From Acidobacteria bacterium CG_4_9_14_3_um_filter_49_7 (GTDB lineage Bacteria; Acidobacteriota; Holophagae; Thermotomaculales; Thermotomaculaceae), in assembly GCA_002789615.1 (NCBI GenBank), contig PFTO01000166.1, forward strand, positions 7,883-47,691: 39,809 nucleotides of DNA, in the 5' to 3' direction. The translations under genes and the position numbers were made by a program. The notes under the pieces were generated by a model. That model worked only from the letters and a program-made list of their open reading frames with translations. It was not told where the DNA came from and searched no databases. Below, one piece after another: positions 8,138 to 17,998 of this stretch. The stretch's first letter is position 1. The number at the start of each line of letters is the position of its first letter.

Positions 8138-9415
8138 ATGAAATTCCGTACCATTGTCCTGATTTCACTCATTGTGTTGATTCTGATTTTCATCAGCGCG
8201 GCAATTTACATGAACGAAGAGCTCTTGAAAACTTCGTTTCAGCTGCCTGCCGGCCTGGAATTGGATCTGGATCGGGTTCTGATTCTCATATTTTTTGCCG
8301 GGACTCTTGGTGCGTTCTTAATGTACCGGTCAATTCGCCTGGCCACCAACCTTACCTGGCGTTCCAGTCGTCACTTTATCCTCGCACTGAACCACCTGTA
8401 TGCGAACAGCTACGAAGAGGCATTTGAAGAGATCCAGAAAGCGTACCGTAAATCTGAAAATAATTATGACATTCTTATGACCATGGGCGTCATTCACAAA
8501 CGGCTGGGGCAGTTTGAAGATGCCGCAATCGCTTTCCGGAAGGCATTCCATAAGAAGGCGACGGTCCAGGCCTTCCTTAAACTGCTGGACGTGCTGCCGG
8601 AATCGAACCTGGAATCGGATCACCGTGAACTGTTAAAACTGGTGCAAAAAATACGGAAGGAATCCAGGACAACGGCGTATCGGGCTCTTTTGAATTATCT
8701 GGAACAATCCGGAGACTGGGTTCGTGCAGTCAAAGTTTACTGGAAGGGGAGAAAGGAAGATTCCGAAACTTTCCCGGAAATGGAAGGCGCTGAAATCCGC
8801 TACGAACTTGGGAAAACAAGGGAATCTGAACATATCCTGAAAGAACTGATCTCCGATTTTCCGGATTTCGCACCTGCCTACGTTCGCTATGGACAGCTGC
8901 TGCGCAAGAAGGGCAAAATCAAAGAAATGCTCGAGGTAATGAGGCAGGGATTTTCACGCACCCATATTGTTGTTTTTTTGAAGATGATTGAAGATGCCCT
9001 CCTGGAACAGGGAAATCCGGAAGCCGCAGTGGAAGAGCTGGGGCATGTTGTCCTCAATGAAAATCACCATGTCCTGGCAAGGTTTTACCTGGGAAAACTC
9101 TATTATCGGCTGGAAATGCTGGAAAAGGCAAGGGAGATTTTTGAAAATATCGAAGGGGAAGTGGCGTACATCCCGGCCCTGACCTATTATCTGGCTCGCA
9201 TTTATCACAGAAAAGGGGAACACCATACGGCGGTCCACTACCTCGAGCAACTGGTTGAGCAGGCTCATCTTCTGGAATTTCGTTTCCACTGTAACAAGTG
9301 CGAGACACCGCTCAATGAGTGGACGGAGCGGTGTCCGCAATGTGGCTGTATCAATTCAGTCCAGATGATTTTTGAGGAGCTGAAGTCTGATTCCACACCC
9401 ATTTTCATGCTGTAG
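8138..9415 (+). CDS. lapB: LapB/YciM-like TPR protein with C-terminal rubredoxin-type zinc ribbon; N-terminus resembles a fused LapA-like two-helix membrane module
   Basis: 425 aa. Two N-terminal hydrophobic helices (IVLISLIVLILIFISAAIYM and VLILIFFAGTLGAFLMY), TPR-like repeats through the middle, and a C-terminal CNKC...(13 aa)...CPQC motif. Confidence 0.7.
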   Translation: MKFRTIVLISLIVLILIFISAAIYMNEELLKTSFQLPAGLELDLDRVLILIFFAGTLGAFLMYRSIRLATNLTWRSSRHFILALNHLYANSYEEAFEEIQKAYRKSENNYDILMTMGVIHKRLGQFEDAAIAFRKAFHKKATVQAFLKLLDVLPESNLESDHRELLKLVQKIRKESRTTAYRALLNYLEQSGDWVRAVKVYWKGRKEDSETFPEMEGAEIRYELGKTRESEHILKELISDFPDFAPAYVRYGQLLRKKGKIKEMLEVMRQGFSRTHIVVFLKMIEDALLEQGNPEAAVEELGHVVLNENHHVLARFYLGKLYYRLEMLEKAREIFENIEGEVAYIPALTYYLARIYHRKGEHHTAVHYLEQLVEQAHLLEFRFHCNKCETPLNEWTERCPQCGCINSVQMIFEELKSDSTPIFML

Positions 9416-9479
9416 AGTCTTTGAGCGTATGCTAAAATTGAGAAGATAAATTGAAGGGCACCATGTAAATGGAGGAAAT

Positions 9480-10220
9480 ATGTCTGGACACAGTAAATGG
9501 GCAAATATCAAACACAAAAAAGGCCGTGAAGACGTCAAGCGCGGGAAGATTTTTACTCGCCTGATTAAAGAAATTACTATTGCAGCGAGGCTGGGTGGCG
9601 GAGATGAAAGCGCCAATCCCCGGTTGAGAAGCGCGATTGCGACCGGAAAAGCCGCAAACATGCCGGCAGATAACATCAAACGGGCCATCATGAAAGGAAC
9701 CGGTGAGCTGGAAGGTGTCAGTTACGAAGAAGCCACCTATGAAGGCTATGGTCCCGGAGGTGTTGCAGTGATTGTCGAATGCCTGACAGACAACCGCAAC
9801 CGCACCACTCCCGAAATTCGTCATCTCTTTGGAAAATACAACGGAAATCTCGGCGAAAATGGTTCAGTGTCCTGGATGTTTAATCGGAAAGGCAACATCA
9901 CCATTGAAAAAGAAAAGATTGATGAAGAAGCCCTGTTTGAAATCGTGGTGGACAATGGTGGTGAGGATGTGTTGGATGAAGGTGAAACCTGGGGCGTGTA
10001 CAGCGAAGTGGAAGAATTCGAAAACGTCAGAGAAGCACTGGAAAACGCAGGCGTCGAGATGCGGGAGGCCTGCCTGTCCATGATTCCCACTACAACCACT
10101 CAGGTTGAAGGAAAGAAATTGCAATCTATGTTAAAGCTGTTGGATGCTTTTGAAGACCATGAAGATGTGCAGAATGTCTGGTCAAACATGGATTTTGATG
10201 AGGCAGAACTGGAAGACTAG
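9480..10220 (+). CDS. yebC: YebC/PmpR-family DNA-binding transcriptional regulator
   Basis: MSGHSKWANIKHKKGREDVKRGKIFTRLIKEITIAAR is nearly invariant in this family. 246 aa. Confidence 0.95.
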   Translation: MSGHSKWANIKHKKGREDVKRGKIFTRLIKEITIAARLGGGDESANPRLRSAIATGKAANMPADNIKRAIMKGTGELEGVSYEEATYEGYGPGGVAVIVECLTDNRNRTTPEIRHLFGKYNGNLGENGSVSWMFNRKGNITIEKEKIDEEALFEIVVDNGGEDVLDEGETWGVYSEVEEFENVREALENAGVEMREACLSMIPTTTTQVEGKKLQSMLKLLDAFEDHEDVQNVWSNMDFDEAELED

Positions 10221-10700
10221 ATGAGAATTATCGGCATTGATCCCGGCACAACATGTACCGGTATCGGAATCGTGGATAGTGACCAAAGGGGAGAATGCTC
10301 CCCTGTTTTTTTTACCGGTTTTCGATTCAAGTCCAGGGACCTCTCCATAATTCTGCCTGACTTCTTCAATCGACTGAACGAAATTCTGGAAACCTACCAG
10401 CCCGGTGCTGCCGCAATTGAAGACATCTTCACCGGTGTTAATGTGAAATCAACTGTAAAACTGGCCCACCTCAGGGGAACGGCAATCGCGGTACTGGGCC
10501 TGAAAGATATTTCCGTGGCCGCCTATGCCCCCCGATCCGTAAAAAAAGCCATCGCAGGGTACGGACAGGCAGACAAGGAACAGTTGCGGTTCCTGGTTGA
10601 AACTCAGTTGGGCATCACCTTGGGAAAAGCACCGCTGGATGTATCAGACGCACTGGCAATTGCTCTCTGTCACGCCCAGCACCTGGCATTCGGAACGTGA
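10221..10700 (+). CDS. ruvC: crossover junction endodeoxyribonuclease RuvC
   Basis: MRIIGIDPGTTCTGIGIV plus AIEDIF and DALAIALCH catalytic motifs. Classic yebC-ruvC adjacency, with no ruvAB downstream. Confidence 0.9.
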   Translation: MRIIGIDPGTTCTGIGIVDSDQRGECSPVFFTGFRFKSRDLSIILPDFFNRLNEILETYQPGAAAIEDIFTGVNVKSTVKLAHLRGTAIAVLGLKDISVAAYAPRSVKKAIAGYGQADKEQLRFLVETQLGITLGKAPLDVSDALAIALCHAQHLAFGT

Positions 10701-10712
10701 TTGGAAAAGGCT

Positions 10713-10740
10713 GAGTGGAAGGTAAGGTTGAGGTTGAGTG
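10713..10740 (+). repeat. G/T-rich hexamer tandem repeat (GGTAAG GTTGAG GTTGAG) 13 nt after the ruvC stop
   Basis: Read directly: gagtggaaggtaaggttgaggttgagtg. Confidence 0.85.
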
Positions 10741-10832
10741 CCGGATACTTTTCGGGAAAGACAGAAAACCGGATACAACTGATTCTTTTCTACGCCGACA
10801 CGAAAAACGCCCACGGAGGAGGCCAGAATTCA

Positions 10833-10856
10833 ACACAAAGTCACAAAGACACAAAG
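10833..10856 (-). repeat. 8-mer tandem repeat x3 (plus strand NCACAAAG; minus strand CTTTGTGN)
   Basis: acacaaag tcacaaag acacaaag. G/T-rich on the minus strand, which is the sense of the EAL gene that ends at 11014. Confidence 0.85.
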
Positions 10857-10956
10857 GTCAGATAAAATTAAGAAAAAAATGAGGTACGGACAAGATTCAG
10901 AAGGGACGTGGAATCGCAAACTCCCTTGCTTTCCTGCTCCCACGCCCATTCTTATT

Positions 10957-11000
10957 CGGTCAGAACACGGAACACAGGTGCCGGAGGCGCACAGAACACT
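10957..11000 (-). repeat. TCAGAACAC-family element (three GAACAC cores) directly 3' of the EAL gene
   Basis: cggtcagaacacggaacacagg...cagaacac. It shares the 12-mer cggtcagaacac with 502-513. Confidence 0.85.
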
Positions 11001-11013
11001 TCTATACACAACG

Positions 11014-12996
11014 CTATTGGGCAGGTAGTTCCTCGATGGGAACCGGCGGACTGAAGTAGTTTCCCTGACCCATCTTGACACCCATAGCCAGCAGCCGTTG
11101 GGATATGCGGCGGGTTTCCACGTACTCCGGAATGGCCTTCAATCGCAAAGCATCAGACATCCGAATGATTGTATTCACCACCTTGTATGTTTCCTGGGAT
11201 TCTTCCATCTGTCGGACCATTTCTCCGTCCACTTTCAGGTAGCCCACAGCACCACTCTCGGAGAGCGAGGCCACAGTGTGCAGTGAGGAATAGCCGGTAC
11301 CGAAGTCGTCAATCGCAAAACGAATTCCATAATTTTCGTTAATAAAACGGATTACATCCACGTTTTCAAGTACCGCCTGTTCTGTTAATTCAACAGTTAA
11401 AGAAAGACCGGCACTCTTCAGCTCCCGAACCGTATTTTTCAGGATATTTCTGAAGGTGGCCGACTTCAGGGAATAGGGACTGACGTTCAGGAAAATTTTA
11501 TCCGTAATGCTTCGTATCCTGTCCTGATATTCACAAATTTTCTCAAAAACCAGGGAATCCAGTTTCAGAATCATTCCCAGATCATAAACAGTCTGGATAA
11601 AATCTTTTGCTGAAATCACCGCATCCGGTGTAACAATCCTTGCAAGTGCTTCCAGGTTGTACACTTCCCGACTTTCCATCATGACAACGGGCTGGAAATG
11701 AAGTTGAATATTCTTCTCATTCAATGTACTTTGGACAAACTGGATCTGTTGATAATTTCGGATAATTCCGCTGATTACGGCCCGTTTATCTTCCGCGTCA
11801 AGGCAATAGAACCCGTCTTCAGCCAGGGATGCCCGGGTTATAACAAAGGCCAGCACTTTCTTGATCAAATCCCTGGAGAGGTTCTCCCCCTTCCGAAATC
11901 CGACCGTTGCAACGGACACGTGGAATCCGATTGTATTCTCCTCAAAAGATATACTTTCTTCTTCCAGGCGAACCTTCAGCCTGCGTATCTGACCCTCCAG
12001 TTTCATACCGAATCGATCCGTATGAAAGATGTATAATCTGCCCGGTCGACCCTCAACGTAAAAACCTTTGGAGGATGAAGTGGCAAGGGCATTGTCAATG
12101 TGATTTTTAATCTTCTCCAGAACAATATTTTTTACCGTATCTCCCCAGATTCGGGTCAACGCGTCAAATTTTTCAACTGAAAGAACCGTGACATGGGAGA
12201 CTTCCCCCTCCGACACTGCCAGATGAAGAAAATCCACGAGACGCTTCTCTCTGTTCTGCACAAAAGAGAGATAGAGATCACCCAGCGTATGTAGAAAATA
12301 GAGAGTCTTCTTCCCCAATTCCTTTGCCAGAATAAACATCTGCAGGTAGTTCCGGGATCTCATATCCTGAGTCATGGAGACAGCCAGTTGTTGGATTGCA
12401 CGATGAAGAATCTGGACCCACTCAATCTCATCTCCAAGAAGAAGACGAGTCTCCGGTTTGGAAAGCCAGCCATCCAGCTCGGCTCGAATCGTATTATCGG
12501 TCCCTGCTGCATACCTCTTATCTTCACGTATAGACTGGATAGTGGCCTGAACCCACCTCATGTGAGGACTGATATCCATCTTGTCCTTGAATTCCGACAT
12601 GAACACATGTTCCAGTTCATCCAGGTCCTTCAGAAGGTAGCCTTTCGTCACAAAATTTTTCAGGTCGTCAAAAAACTCACCCACCTGATTCCAGTATCTA
12701 TCCAACATTCCCAGTTCAGAGAGCGCAGAGAGAAAGCCCTGGTGAAAGAAGTTCAAAACAGCAATCAAATTTGCAACCGGTGAACCGGACTGGTAGTACT
12801 GATACCCCAAACCCTGAAATTCTCTTTCCCTTCTGTCAGTGGATTGCCCGACAGCTGAAAGCATTGCTTCTTTTACTTCTGAGACAATCGCCATAGCCCC
12901 ACTCTCGGACGAGCCGTCCACAATACAGCAATCAAGGACTTCACCCGGCTGACTGGACTCTATAAATTTTCTGAAAAGGCTCTCCAGTTCTTTCAA
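11014..12996 (-). CDS. c-di-GMP phosphodiesterase: unknown N-terminal sensor region, degenerate GGDEF-like domain, then EAL domain
   Basis: 660 aa. C-terminal EAL signatures are present (EALARI, NVSP, ELTE, DDFGTGYSSL, KVDG, PEYVET, QGNYF). The position expected for GGDEF reads GRPGRLY, so it is probably inactive. The start is a TTG preceded by GGAAGG. Confidence 0.85.
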   Translation of the reverse strand: MKELESLFRKFIESSQPGEVLDCCIVDGSSESGAMAIVSEVKEAMLSAVGQSTDRREREFQGLGYQYYQSGSPVANLIAVLNFFHQGFLSALSELGMLDRYWNQVGEFFDDLKNFVTKGYLLKDLDELEHVFMSEFKDKMDISPHMRWVQATIQSIREDKRYAAGTDNTIRAELDGWLSKPETRLLLGDEIEWVQILHRAIQQLAVSMTQDMRSRNYLQMFILAKELGKKTLYFLHTLGDLYLSFVQNREKRLVDFLHLAVSEGEVSHVTVLSVEKFDALTRIWGDTVKNIVLEKIKNHIDNALATSSSKGFYVEGRPGRLYIFHTDRFGMKLEGQIRRLKVRLEEESISFEENTIGFHVSVATVGFRKGENLSRDLIKKVLAFVITRASLAEDGFYCLDAEDKRAVISGIIRNYQQIQFVQSTLNEKNIQLHFQPVVMMESREVYNLEALARIVTPDAVISAKDFIQTVYDLGMILKLDSLVFEKICEYQDRIRSITDKIFLNVSPYSLKSATFRNILKNTVRELKSAGLSLTVELTEQAVLENVDVIRFINENYGIRFAIDDFGTGYSSLHTVASLSESGAVGYLKVDGEMVRQMEESQETYKVVNTIIRMSDALRLKAIPEYVETRRISQRLLAMGVKMGQGNYFSPPVPIEELPAQ

Positions 12997-13244
12997 AATA
13001 GCCTTCCACTATCATATTTTGTAACAGTATACCAGAATTGGCCCCATGGAAGAAAAATGAGTCATAAGAAATTCCGTTCCTGATCTTACCTCTTTTTTGA
13101 TAGAGTCAAATCATTCTGTCGATATAACCCCTGATGAGCATCTTAGGGAATCCGGTTGAACACTGCTGTGATATGATAAACATGGGAATTTACCGTGGGT
13201 TTAATGATTTGTCTGAAAGGCCCAACATCGAGAGGAGGATACCC

Positions 13245-14318
13245 GTGGGGTGGTTGATTTTTTACACACTTTTGGCTCTCGTCGTGTCATTCGCATGCTC
13301 TATCCTTGAGGCCACGCTTCTCAGCATTACACCAGCATTTGTCGCCACCAGTAGTGCGAACTTCCCTCACCTTGCAGAACGATTGAAACGGCTGAAGAAA
13401 GATGTGGAAAAACCCCTGTCCGCCATCCTCAGCCTCAACACCATTGCAAACACCTTAGGCGCTGCCGGAGTCGGTGCCGAAGCCGCATTTGTATTTGGAA
13501 GCCGATACGTGGGCATCACATCTGCCATCCTGACATTACTCATACTTTATGTTGCGGAAATTATTCCGAAGAGCCTCGGGGCGAATCACTGGAAGAAACT
13601 GGCACCTGTAGCCGCTTATGTGCTGCCGGTCCTGATCACCATCCTGGCTCCCCTGGTCTGGCTTGCCATGCTCATCGCCAGGCGGTTGAGAAAGCGGGGG
13701 TCCCTGCATCATGTCACTTCCCGTGAAGAACTATCGGCACTGGCGCAAATCGGCGCCACCTCAGGCGCAATAGACAACATGGAATCTACGCTTCTTCAGA
13801 ACATGCTCCACTTTTCCTCACTGAAGGTCAGTGCGATCATGACTCCACGTACTGTCGTTTTTGCAATTCAGCAAAATCAGCTTGTATCTGACACAATCAA
13901 TTCCCATCCTGATCTACCTTTTTCCCGAATCCCAATCTTCGGAGAAGATATTGACGATACAGTTGGTTTTGTCCTGAAAAATGATATTCTCATGGCACTC
14001 ATAAAGGGCGAAGGGGATCGCTCACTGTACGAATTCTACCGTGAAATCCCCACTGTTCCGGATTTTCTTCCGCTTTTCCCTCTCTTTGAGCAATTGACAG
14101 GATCCAGAGAACATATCGCTCTGGTTGTGGATGAATATGGTGGTGTTGAAGGTATCGTTACACTGGAAGACGTAATCGAAACATTGCTGGGACTGGAAAT
14201 CATGGACGAGCTGGACCAGGAAGAGGACATGCAGAAAGTAGCATTGAAGCTGCGGGAACGACGCCGGAAACGCCTGGAGGCAAACCGCCCCGCATCCGGA
14301 AATCCGGAAACATTGTAG
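13245..14318 (+). CDS. CNNM/CorC-family (DUF21 + CBS pair) transporter-like membrane protein
   Basis: DUF21 helices (SILEATLLS, LNTIANTLGAAG) are followed by a CBS pair (IMTPRT..., ALVVDEYGGVEGIVTLEDVIE). I prefer the GTG at 13245, which is 6 nt after AGGAGG, over the track ATG at 13134. There is no CorC_HlyC C-terminal domain. Confidence 0.85.
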   Translation: MGWLIFYTLLALVVSFACSILEATLLSITPAFVATSSANFPHLAERLKRLKKDVEKPLSAILSLNTIANTLGAAGVGAEAAFVFGSRYVGITSAILTLLILYVAEIIPKSLGANHWKKLAPVAAYVLPVLITILAPLVWLAMLIARRLRKRGSLHHVTSREELSALAQIGATSGAIDNMESTLLQNMLHFSSLKVSAIMTPRTVVFAIQQNQLVSDTINSHPDLPFSRIPIFGEDIDDTVGFVLKNDILMALIKGEGDRSLYEFYREIPTVPDFLPLFPLFEQLTGSREHIALVVDEYGGVEGIVTLEDVIETLLGLEIMDELDQEEDMQKVALKLRERRRKRLEANRPASGNPETL

Positions 14319-14332
14319 AATCAGGTCAAGGT

Positions 14333-14821
14333 ATGAATGAATTCGATATTGAAATTATACAGAGAAAATTGAGAACGTGCGTCATGATATGGTTTTCTTT
14401 CATTGTCAGTATCTTATTCTATGCAGGGATCGTAGAGTGGATGCAGCGCAGGGCAACTGAAACTGTCACCGCACAAAACAACTCTCTTCATCCGATTCTT
14501 CTGGTTCTGGTTGCCATCTGTTTTCTGGCGGCGGGAATTTCAAAGTATCTTTTGTTAAGAATTCCAGCTGAAAAAATAAATCTGGATACCGAAACCCTTG
14601 CCGGTCGCCTGGTAACCGCATCCCTGGTTTCACTGGCCCTGTCGGAAGCTATCTGTCTGATGGGCTTTGCAGAGTATTTCATCTTGCGCAACTATAATTC
14701 ATTTTACCTGTTTTTCATTGTGGCAATGCTGGGAATGATCATGCATATGCCCCGCTACCCAAAATGGAAAACTTACCTGGAACAGATGACCGGAACCACT
14801 CTCCCAGAGGAACTACAGTAG
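14333..14821 (+). CDS. hypothetical membrane protein (about 4 TM helices)
   Basis: 162-aa ORF, 14 nt after the preceding gene, with four hydrophobic segments. No family recognised. Confidence 0.5.
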   Translation: MNEFDIEIIQRKLRTCVMIWFSFIVSILFYAGIVEWMQRRATETVTAQNNSLHPILLVLVAICFLAAGISKYLLLRIPAEKINLDTETLAGRLVTASLVSLALSEAICLMGFAEYFILRNYNSFYLFFIVAMLGMIMHMPRYPKWKTYLEQMTGTTLPEELQ

Positions 14822-14883
14822 GCGTCGGAAAAACAGGGAATTGGCCATCGTTTCCCGATCTTCACTTAGACTCAACCTTGTCT

Positions 14884-15237
14884 CTACTTATCTGCAGAAA
14901 GAAAACTGGCTACCGCTTCCGATTCATCGGTAAACACTTCGAAGATGGAGAAGAGTTGAGCAATTTGAAGAATATCCTGTATTTTCTGCGAGATGTTCAA
15001 CAACTTCAACTGTCCGTTTTCCCTGTGTGCTTTGATGAGACAGCTCACCAGTTCTCCGGTACCTGAAGAATCAAGGTACGACACCCTGGCCATGTTCAAT
15101 ACAATTTGACGCTGACCTTCCTCTATAAGTTTTTCAATTCGCTTTCTGAGCGTGGTGTCTCCCGAACCAATGGTAATCTTGCCTTTCAAATTCAAGATTT
15201 TAACAGTAGAAACAGATTTTTCTTTTATTTCCAGCAT
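14884..15237 (-). CDS. STAS-domain anti-sigma-factor antagonist (SpoIIAA/RsbV-like)
   Basis: 117 aa. The YLDSSGTGELV motif carries the phosphorylatable Ser, in a typical STAS layout. Confidence 0.85.
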   Translation of the reverse strand: MLEIKEKSVSTVKILNLKGKITIGSGDTTLRKRIEKLIEEGQRQIVLNMARVSYLDSSGTGELVSCLIKAHRENGQLKLLNISQKIQDILQIAQLFSIFEVFTDESEAVASFLSADK

Positions 15238-15239
15238 AC

Positions 15240-15659
15240 TTACTCCCCCCTGAAATCTCTTTCCATAATCAATTTAAAGGAACCGGGTTTCCCTTGCGTG
15301 GAAACCCGGTCCATGGCATTTTGAATAAACAGAAAACCCCGCCCCGATGAGCGAAGCAGGTTTTCCGGAGCCGTGGGGTCCGGCATATTTTCCAGAACCA
15401 CGCCTTTCCCCCGATCCGAAACCGCAAATTTCATTCCCTTGCCGGTTGCTTCAATGGTGAATTCTACTGGGACTTCAGGGTTCTCTAAGTTTCCATGTCG
15501 AATGGCATTGACAAGCGCCTCCTGAATTCCAACCCAGCACCAGTACCGAAAGTCTTCTCCACCCGCATCAACTGCATCCATGAAATTGTCAAACGCCTGC
15601 TTCGTTGCGTCCAACAGCTTCAAGTTGGAGCTCAGTGTAACTTTCAGCCCAGTCCCCAT
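15240..15659 (-). CDS. anti-sigma regulatory factor, Ser/Thr protein kinase (RsbW/SpoIIAB-like, HATPase_c)
   Basis: 139 aa with an N-box EALVNAIRHGN and a G-box DRGKG...SSGRGF. AGGAGG RBS. It ends 2 nt before the STAS gene. Confidence 0.8.
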   Translation of the reverse strand: MGTGLKVTLSSNLKLLDATKQAFDNFMDAVDAGGEDFRYWCWVGIQEALVNAIRHGNLENPEVPVEFTIEATGKGMKFAVSDRGKGVVLENMPDPTAPENLLRSSGRGFLFIQNAMDRVSTQGKPGSFKLIMERDFRGE

Positions 15660-15670
15660 GATTCCTCCTG

Positions 15671-16606
15671 TTACTTATACCGTTTCATCAACTCATAGAA
15701 TTCGCTGTCTGTGGAAAGAATCAGTGTCTGTTCCGGTGAAGCAGTTGCCTTCAGCGCTTCCAGGCCCTTCAGGAACTTGTAAAGATTCTGGTCCTGAGAA
15801 TAGGTATCCGCATAGATTTTTGTTGCCTTAGCGTCTGCCTTTCCCTTAATCTCCTCAGACTTCCGATAGGCCTCCGATTGGATTCTTTCCAGTTCCCGCT
15901 GAGTTTTACCAATTATTTCCGCCTTTCTTCCCTGGCCTTCTGAGCGATACTGCTCAGCAATCCGTTGTCGCTCACTGATCATTCGCTCATAGACTTTGTA
16001 TCGTACGGATTTTTCATAGTTCAGGCGTTTGATGCGAAAATCAACCATCTCAATTCCGTAGGTGGGCGTCACTTTCCGGATTTTCTCAAGAATCAATTTG
16101 CTTATTTTTTCCCGACCGATATCCACATGAAAGTCCTGCTGGTCAACCGGTCCTGAACCGGCACTTATCGTCAGATTCATCGGCCGGTTGGTGGTACGAA
16201 CCACTTCAATCAGGTTGAATTTCGCCACATTTACCCGGGTTTCCCCGTCAATAATATCATCCAGACGTCCCATTGCACTCACTTCGTTCGTCATGGTCTC
16301 AAAAAACAACAGAGGCTCCGAAATCCGCCATCTCGCATAGGTGTCCACCCAGATATATTTTTTGTCCTTTGTGGTGATCTGATTGGCATCTCCATCCCAC
16401 TCAAGCCAGCGCTTATCAAAGAAATTTGCCTTCTGGATCAGAGGAATCTTGAAGTGAAGACCGGCATCTTTGATTGGATCACCCACTGGTTTTCCGAACT
16501 GAGTAATGACGACCTGCTGAGTTTCGTCCACTACAAAAACCCCGCCACTGGCCACAAATAGCACAACTATGACAATCGCTACGATCAATCCACCCGCGGC
16601 CTTCAT
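15671..16606 (-). CDS. hflC: protease modulator HflC (SPFH/band-7)
   Basis: 311 aa with an N-terminal TM and an SPFH domain. ATGA overlap with upstream hflK. Confidence 0.9.
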   Translation of the reverse strand: MKAAGGLIVAIVIVVLFVASGGVFVVDETQQVVITQFGKPVGDPIKDAGLHFKIPLIQKANFFDKRWLEWDGDANQITTKDKKYIWVDTYARWRISEPLLFFETMTNEVSAMGRLDDIIDGETRVNVAKFNLIEVVRTTNRPMNLTISAGSGPVDQQDFHVDIGREKISKLILEKIRKVTPTYGIEMVDFRIKRLNYEKSVRYKVYERMISERQRIAEQYRSEGQGRKAEIIGKTQRELERIQSEAYRKSEEIKGKADAKATKIYADTYSQDQNLYKFLKGLEALKATASPEQTLILSTDSEFYELMKRYK

Positions 16607-17577
16607 TTCACCACCCCCTGTCCAAGATTCAGAAACGGCAGAACAGATTTTGCCTTCTCGTCAATCACAACAATTTTCCCGATCTTCGGAATAATGTCCT
16701 TCATAGTTTCAAAATACAACCGCTTCTTGGTAATCGCCGGGCCCTTTTTGTACTGCACCAGCACATCCCGGAACCTGGCCACGTCGCCATGGGCCTCGTT
16801 CACCCGTCGAACCGCATAGCCTTCCGCTTCCTGGATCCTCTGTAGGGCTTTCCCTTTTGCTTCCGGAATTACCTTGTTGTACTGAGCCAGAGCCTGATTG
16901 ATCATGTTTTCCTTTTCCTGAATTGCCTGGTTCACCTCGTTGAATGAGGGTTTGACAGGGTCCGGGGGATTCACATCCTGGAGTACCACCACGTTCACAG
17001 CCAGTCCTGTGTCATACTGTTTGCAAAGTTCCCGGATCATATCCAGAGCCGCCATGGAGATCTCCTCACGTCCTGTAGTGAGGACCTCATTAATAGAGCG
17101 ATCTCCCACTACTTCCCGCATAGATGCCTCGCAAATGTTACGGAACGTCCCCTGAATATTTCGAACCCGGAAAAGGTATTTCACCGGATCCTTAATTTTG
17201 TACTGGACAATCCACTCAATTTCCCCGATTCCAAGATCTCCTGTCAACATCATGGATTCTCCGGAGAAATTGCGAGTGGAATACTCGGACCGGATACCGG
17301 CCTGCAGGGTACGAAATCCAAACTCCATTTTCTGCTGGCGCTTGATTGCCACTTTTGTCACCTTTTCCACCAGTGGAATCTTGAAATGAAGGCCCGGTGT
17401 TTCTGTACGTGTAAACTTGCCAAACCGCTGAATAACACCCATCTCTTCCGGTTGAATAGTGTACCAGCTTCCCAGCACCAGAATCAGCAAGGGTACCAAC
17501 CACAGCAGATTGGCATAACGCATAATTTTTTCCTTCGGAATCTTGATCTCCGAAATGTCAAATACCTGTTGGTTCAT
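16603..17577 (-). CDS. hflK: protease modulator HflK (SPFH/band-7)
   Basis: SPFH domain with IQPEEMGVIQRFGKF and PGLHFKIP. I prefer the ATG at 17577 (GAGGAGG 7 nt upstream) over the track start at 17607. Confidence 0.9.
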   Translation of the reverse strand: MNQQVFDISEIKIPKEKIMRYANLLWLVPLLILVLGSWYTIQPEEMGVIQRFGKFTRTETPGLHFKIPLVEKVTKVAIKRQQKMEFGFRTLQAGIRSEYSTRNFSGESMMLTGDLGIGEIEWIVQYKIKDPVKYLFRVRNIQGTFRNICEASMREVVGDRSINEVLTTGREEISMAALDMIRELCKQYDTGLAVNVVVLQDVNPPDPVKPSFNEVNQAIQEKENMINQALAQYNKVIPEAKGKALQRIQEAEGYAVRRVNEAHGDVARFRDVLVQYKKGPAITKKRLYFETMKDIIPKIGKIVVIDEKAKSVLPFLNLGQGVVK

Positions 17578-17998
17578 AAGAATCCTCCTCTCTATTGTTG
17601 TTCTCATTCTATCACAGGTTTAAAAGGCAGGGTTGAGATTGAGCCTGTTTTTGAGACATGAGGACACCAGAAAAGACGCAAACTCATCAATGTCTCGTCA
17701 AATTCATTCCTACTTCCAGACCTTTATCTCCTTGCCTTTCCCTGTAGAGAATACCTCGCTGAGTTTCAATCTATTCATTCACAAAAAAGGGCGGTATAAA
17801 CCACCTTATAAGATATGAATACAATACTGAAAATCAGCGGACAGCCACAAAGCCCTGAAAAGAAGTTGCTTGTTTATTTGTTTTAGTTATGAAAGATCGC
17901 CCCACTCTATTTTTTTTGCGTCCCCACTTTCTCACTTCACAGCAATGTCTTTTCTGGTAGACTAAGATCATGAAGAAACGATTGAGAAGGAGGCAGAA

